From the NCBI RefSeq assembly GCF_009914755.1, contig NC_060927.1: a DNA stretch of 64,000 nucleotides. One strand, 5' to 3'. The notes below the pieces were generated by a model. It saw only the letters and a list, made by a program, of their open reading frames with translations. It was not told where the DNA came from and ran no database searches. Shown one piece after another: positions 60,119 through 64,000 of this stretch. Numbering within the stretch: the first letter of the stretch is position 1; each line of letters starts with the position of its first letter. The position numbers and the translations under genes are program-made. This DNA comes from the human T2T-CHM13v2.0 reference genome, Homo sapiens.

Positions 60119-60338
60119 GCACTTCCGTGTGCCGCGGCGCCGGAGCCCGAGGCGGCTGTAGCCCACATCTCCCGAGCGACCCCCGGCGCCCGCCCGCCGC
60201 GCGGAGGCCCGGGCCACACCTCACTGGCCGCTTGGCCCATCCCAGTCAGCGCCGCGCCGAACCCCGTCCGCGCGCGCCGGGGAGCGGCGCCCCCGCCGCT
60301 GCCGCCGCGACCCTTGGCGCCTGCCCCTGCAACGGGAG
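60119..60338 (+). other. PRKCD: PRKCD non-coding exon 1 (5'UTR); intron 1 runs to the window end
   Basis: Sequence ...cccttggcgcctgcccctgcaacgggag recognised as the PRKCD 5'UTR; consensus donor GAG|gtaagt at 60338/60339; no ATG in the exon; 5' end approximate. Confidence 0.88.
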
Positions 60339-61384
60339 GTAAGTGAGGGCCGGGTCCGGGCGCGGGATCGGGGCTACCCCGAGGGCGCGGCGCCCTTCCT
60401 TCCCCCTTCCCGCCCCAGTTCCCGTTTCCGAAACTGAGAAACTGAGCCGCGGTCAGCGAAAGTCCCGCCGCGCCGAGACCTGCCGGTGACTCCGTCCCCC
60501 TGTCCGTCTGTGTGTCCCTCCGCTAGACAGTGGGGGCTGAGGTCCTTCTGTCTGCCCGCTCCCGGCCCCTCCACCCGCCCGTGTGTCTCCCGCTCCTCCG
60601 AGGGGCCCGTCCGTCCCTCCCGACTCTCTCCCGGGCCCTGTGTCCGTCCGTCTGTCGCCACCCACTCTGTGTTCTCCCCCTGCGCGCCTCTCCGAGACCC
60701 GATCCTTCTGTCCCTCGCCACCCGATCCGTCCGTCCCTTGCCCTCCGCGTGCTCCATCGCCCCACCCCCACCCACACCCCTACCCCCGCCCGCCGCCCCC
60801 TCGATCCCGTCCTCCCGGAGCCGCGCCCCCGGCCCACGCTCGCCGCCCCCTGCCAGTCCAGCCGCCTCTCCGCTCTACCGCGGGGCCCAGGCCAGGCCGC
60901 CCGCCGGGCCTCGCCTCCCGCCCCTGGGTCCCTGGAGGCCCGACCCGCGCGGCGCCTCCTCCTCGCTGTCTCTTCTTTCGGTCTCAAGAGTCTTTCTCGG
61001 TCCCTTCATCCGTCTCTGGGCTGGGCGTGGCTCCAGTCTCCACCATCCCCCTTCCCACCCCACCCCTCCGCCCCTCTGAGACCCCTCCCAGGGTGGCCCC
61101 TGCCCGATACGGTCTGTACTCGCCCCCAACCCAGATGCCACTCCCGTTGTGGGGGCTCCACCAGATGAGGGGAGGAGGTCGCGGGGGGGGGTCCTCCTGG
61201 CTGGTGGTGGAGCGGCAGAAGGAGAGCACCATCGGAACTGCTCCCACTTCCCCAATTCCCTCTCTCTTGGGGCAGGGGAGAGCCCCACCGAGCCCCGCCT
61301 TAAACCTGGTCAGAAGGATCTGCTGTGAGTGGGCGGGGGGTCCCCTTCTCTGACGCCTACCCTGTATGCGTGGAAGCTGTCTCC

Positions 61385-62335
61385 TTGTGCTAAGTCACTG
61401 GTATCTGGGTGTGTGGGTATGTTGTGTGTCTGTGTCAGCTTCTGTGCTGTCTGTCACTGTGGGACTTGCCTGTGCATGTGTGTCCTTTTTCGCATGTGTG
61501 ACTTGCTTGTGTGTATGTGTGTATGTCTGTTTGTGTCCTGAGGCTCTGTGTGTGTCTTTTGCAACTGTGTGTACCATTCTTGGTGTGTTTGTTGTCACCA
61601 GACTCGTGTGTGTGTGTGTGTGTGTGTGTCCTTGCCTGCTAGTGTGTGTGTCCCTGTGTGTCTGGAGGTTTCGGTGTTGCACACTGGGTATATCATGGTG
61701 ACCAACTGGCCATGAGTACGTTAGATCTGTTAATTGTGGAAGCCCCTGGTGTTGGGTGCCTACCCACCAGTCTCATGTGTGAGTGTATCTGTATAAGTGT
61801 GTGTATGTGTGTGTACTCACGTGTGGCTCTCCCTCTGCCACTGAGTTTCTGTGACCAGGCCCACCTGGTCACTAAGGGAGGGGACTGATCCCTGGGGTTT
61901 CCTCGTTCCTGCTGTGGAGTGAGCTGGGGCTTGGTGAGCAGGCCAGCAGAGGGAGGCTGTATGGTGCATGTGTGATATGTGTGGTTGTGTGTGTGCGTGT
62001 GTGTGTGACAGAGAGGTGTGGTGGTGTCTGGGCAGCTGTACCTGGCTGATGGGTGGTGTGAGGGCTATGCGATGGGACAGTGCTGGGGTAAGCCTGGGAG
62101 TGTGTGGCCACGGTAGGAGTGTGTGACTGGTGGGACACAGTCTATGAAACTGCCGGTGTATGCTTGGGGAGTGACTGTGATTGTGGGGAACCGAGAGTGC
62201 CTGGGCGTGGGTGTTAGCGGCAGGAGGGGGTGTGACAAGGTGTGTGGTGACAGTGCTGGGAGGGAAGGTGAGAGCCCAGTGTGGGGGTGTGTGTGTGAGT
62301 GTGTGGGAGACCATGAGGATGTGGGTGTGCACATG
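61385..62335. repeat. TG-rich low-complexity region including (GT)12 at 61606-61629
   Basis: Direct reading of the sequence. Confidence 0.88.
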
Positions 62336-63210
62336 GAGAGGGCTAGAGGGCAAGTCTTGGGGTTTGTAGTGTTGTGACCAAGACCTCGGGCTCTGTACCC
62401 AAGAATTATTTGGGCTCCAATACTTGCTTGTGCCTGTTAAGAGCAAGAGACCCAAGCTAGGCCTCTCAAGGCTGAGTGTCCTTATCTGCAGAATGGAGAG
62501 AGTGAGGACAAAAGTTCCTGTGTTAAAGGTCTTTTAACACAATCTTGGCCCATAGTGAGAACACAGCACATGTGAAGTCTTTTGTTGTCACCACCCCCAG
62601 CTATACGGTTCCCATTCTCCTGGGAGCTGGGGCTAAAGAAAGCCCAGACAGTATCCAACCCAATTTCCTGCCTGTCTGTTGCCCCTTCCCATCTCCTTGA
62701 CCAAGCAGCTTGAGGGAGGGGGGATGCCCAGACAGAGCCCCCAGTACCCAGCCCTGTTCAGCCTGCATGACAGCCCCTCCCTCACCAGACCTTAGTGTCA
62801 GTAGTAGCGATGGGGGAGACAGGGGTGGGGGATGATTCAGAGCTGTGACTGCAGGGCGCTGACACCATTTAGCTGGCACAGTTTAGATTAAAATTAGAAA
62901 TAATTTAAAGTACAGACAAAAAGATAAAGCCAAGGATGCCTCTGCCCCCAGGGAATGGTGATGGGGGTCTCCAGCTGGGGGAGGGGTTCACATCTGGGGA
63001 GCAGAATCTTTCTTAGAGGCTTGAGCTGGCCTTCAGAGAAAATGCTTAGGCCTTTCAGCCAGGAGACACAGAGTACCTTGCTACCTTTGCCATTTCTTCC
63101 TCCCAGGATATCTCCAGGCCTCAGTTTTTTCAGCTGTGTAATGGGCACAATAGTAATGTGAGAATCACCTGAACTGTAAGGCACAAGAGATTAAAAAATG
63201 TCACTCTTCA

Positions 63211-63507
<297 letters not shown>

Positions 63508-64000
63508 GTCACTATTCATTTGGCATTCTCAACATGAGTCCAGCACAGGAGCTGGCACGCCACATCATTGGAACCTCAGAACCACCTGGGGAGAAGAGGC
63601 TAGTAGTTTCCCCATTAAAAAAACTGAGGCTCAGGGAAATTGCACCAGGACATAAAGTGGTGGTACTTTGTTGCACCCTAGGACTCCTAAACCTGCAAGG
63701 CAACCTCCCACAGACAGGAGGGTCAGGAACAGGTTTTTGCTGTGTTATTGGCTTCCTCACCAGGCTGGAAATGTGCTCAGGGCAGGGACACAGTGTTCCA
63801 GCCCCTACCATGGAGTGGACAAATAGTGGTGCCCAGGAAAAGTTGGGCCCAACACCACATTTCAAGGAAGGGAAAGCCACATCCAGAGAGACCCGAGGTT
63901 TTAGGGCCAGGAGAGACTGAACTGGGCCCGTCAGCCATGCTGGGACTGGTAGACGGGGAGAGCCTGTTTGGTGGTGCCTCCCGGCTCAGCTGTTTCCTCC

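Larger units (their letters stand above)
59570..61200. promoter_or_regulatory. PRKCD: PRKCD CpG island and promoter
   Basis: Very GC- and CpG-rich; tandem GC boxes 60019-60080, ETS-like ACTTCCG at 60121, two kB-consensus decamers at 59776 and 59806. Confidence 0.9.

Noticed and set aside
59427-61353. Long overlapping Pro/Arg/Gly-rich ORFs (up to 256 aa) on both strands
   Set aside because: Expected from stop-codon scarcity in a CpG island. Many use non-ATG starts, none has a recognisable domain, and PRKCD coding starts outside the window.

Overview
Primate genomic DNA, most likely human chr3p21.1. The locus is recognised from protein and 5'UTR sequence recalled from memory, not from a database search. 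The left half (1 to about 29.3 kb, minus strand) holds the promoter and coding exons 1-10 of RFT1, the Man5GlcNAc2-PP-dolichol translocation protein. All ten exons were placed by hand with GT-AG boundaries and join in one open frame (c.1-1102); the remaining exons lie left of the window. About 30 kb of Alu/MIR/L2/LTR/DNA-transposon-rich intergenic DNA follows. It contains a strong CTCF-type motif, candidate enhancers and a small CpG-rich, promoter-like element at about 55.5 kb. The right end holds the CpG island, non-coding exon 1 and start of intron 1 of PRKCD (plus strand), so the two genes are divergent. Nearly all ORFs in the supplied track are spurious (Alu, GC-rich or TG-repeat derived). 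I cannot support a new protein-coding system here. The most unusual structures are an 80-bp near-perfect palindrome in RFT1 intron 7, a minus-strand TATA/CRE/GC-box unit with its own 3' splice site and ATTAAA upstream of PRKCD, a tiny TSD-flanked retro-insertion, a templated insertion inside an LTR, and a 36-bp-spaced inverted Alu pair. Repeat boundaries and subfamilies are by eye and approximate.
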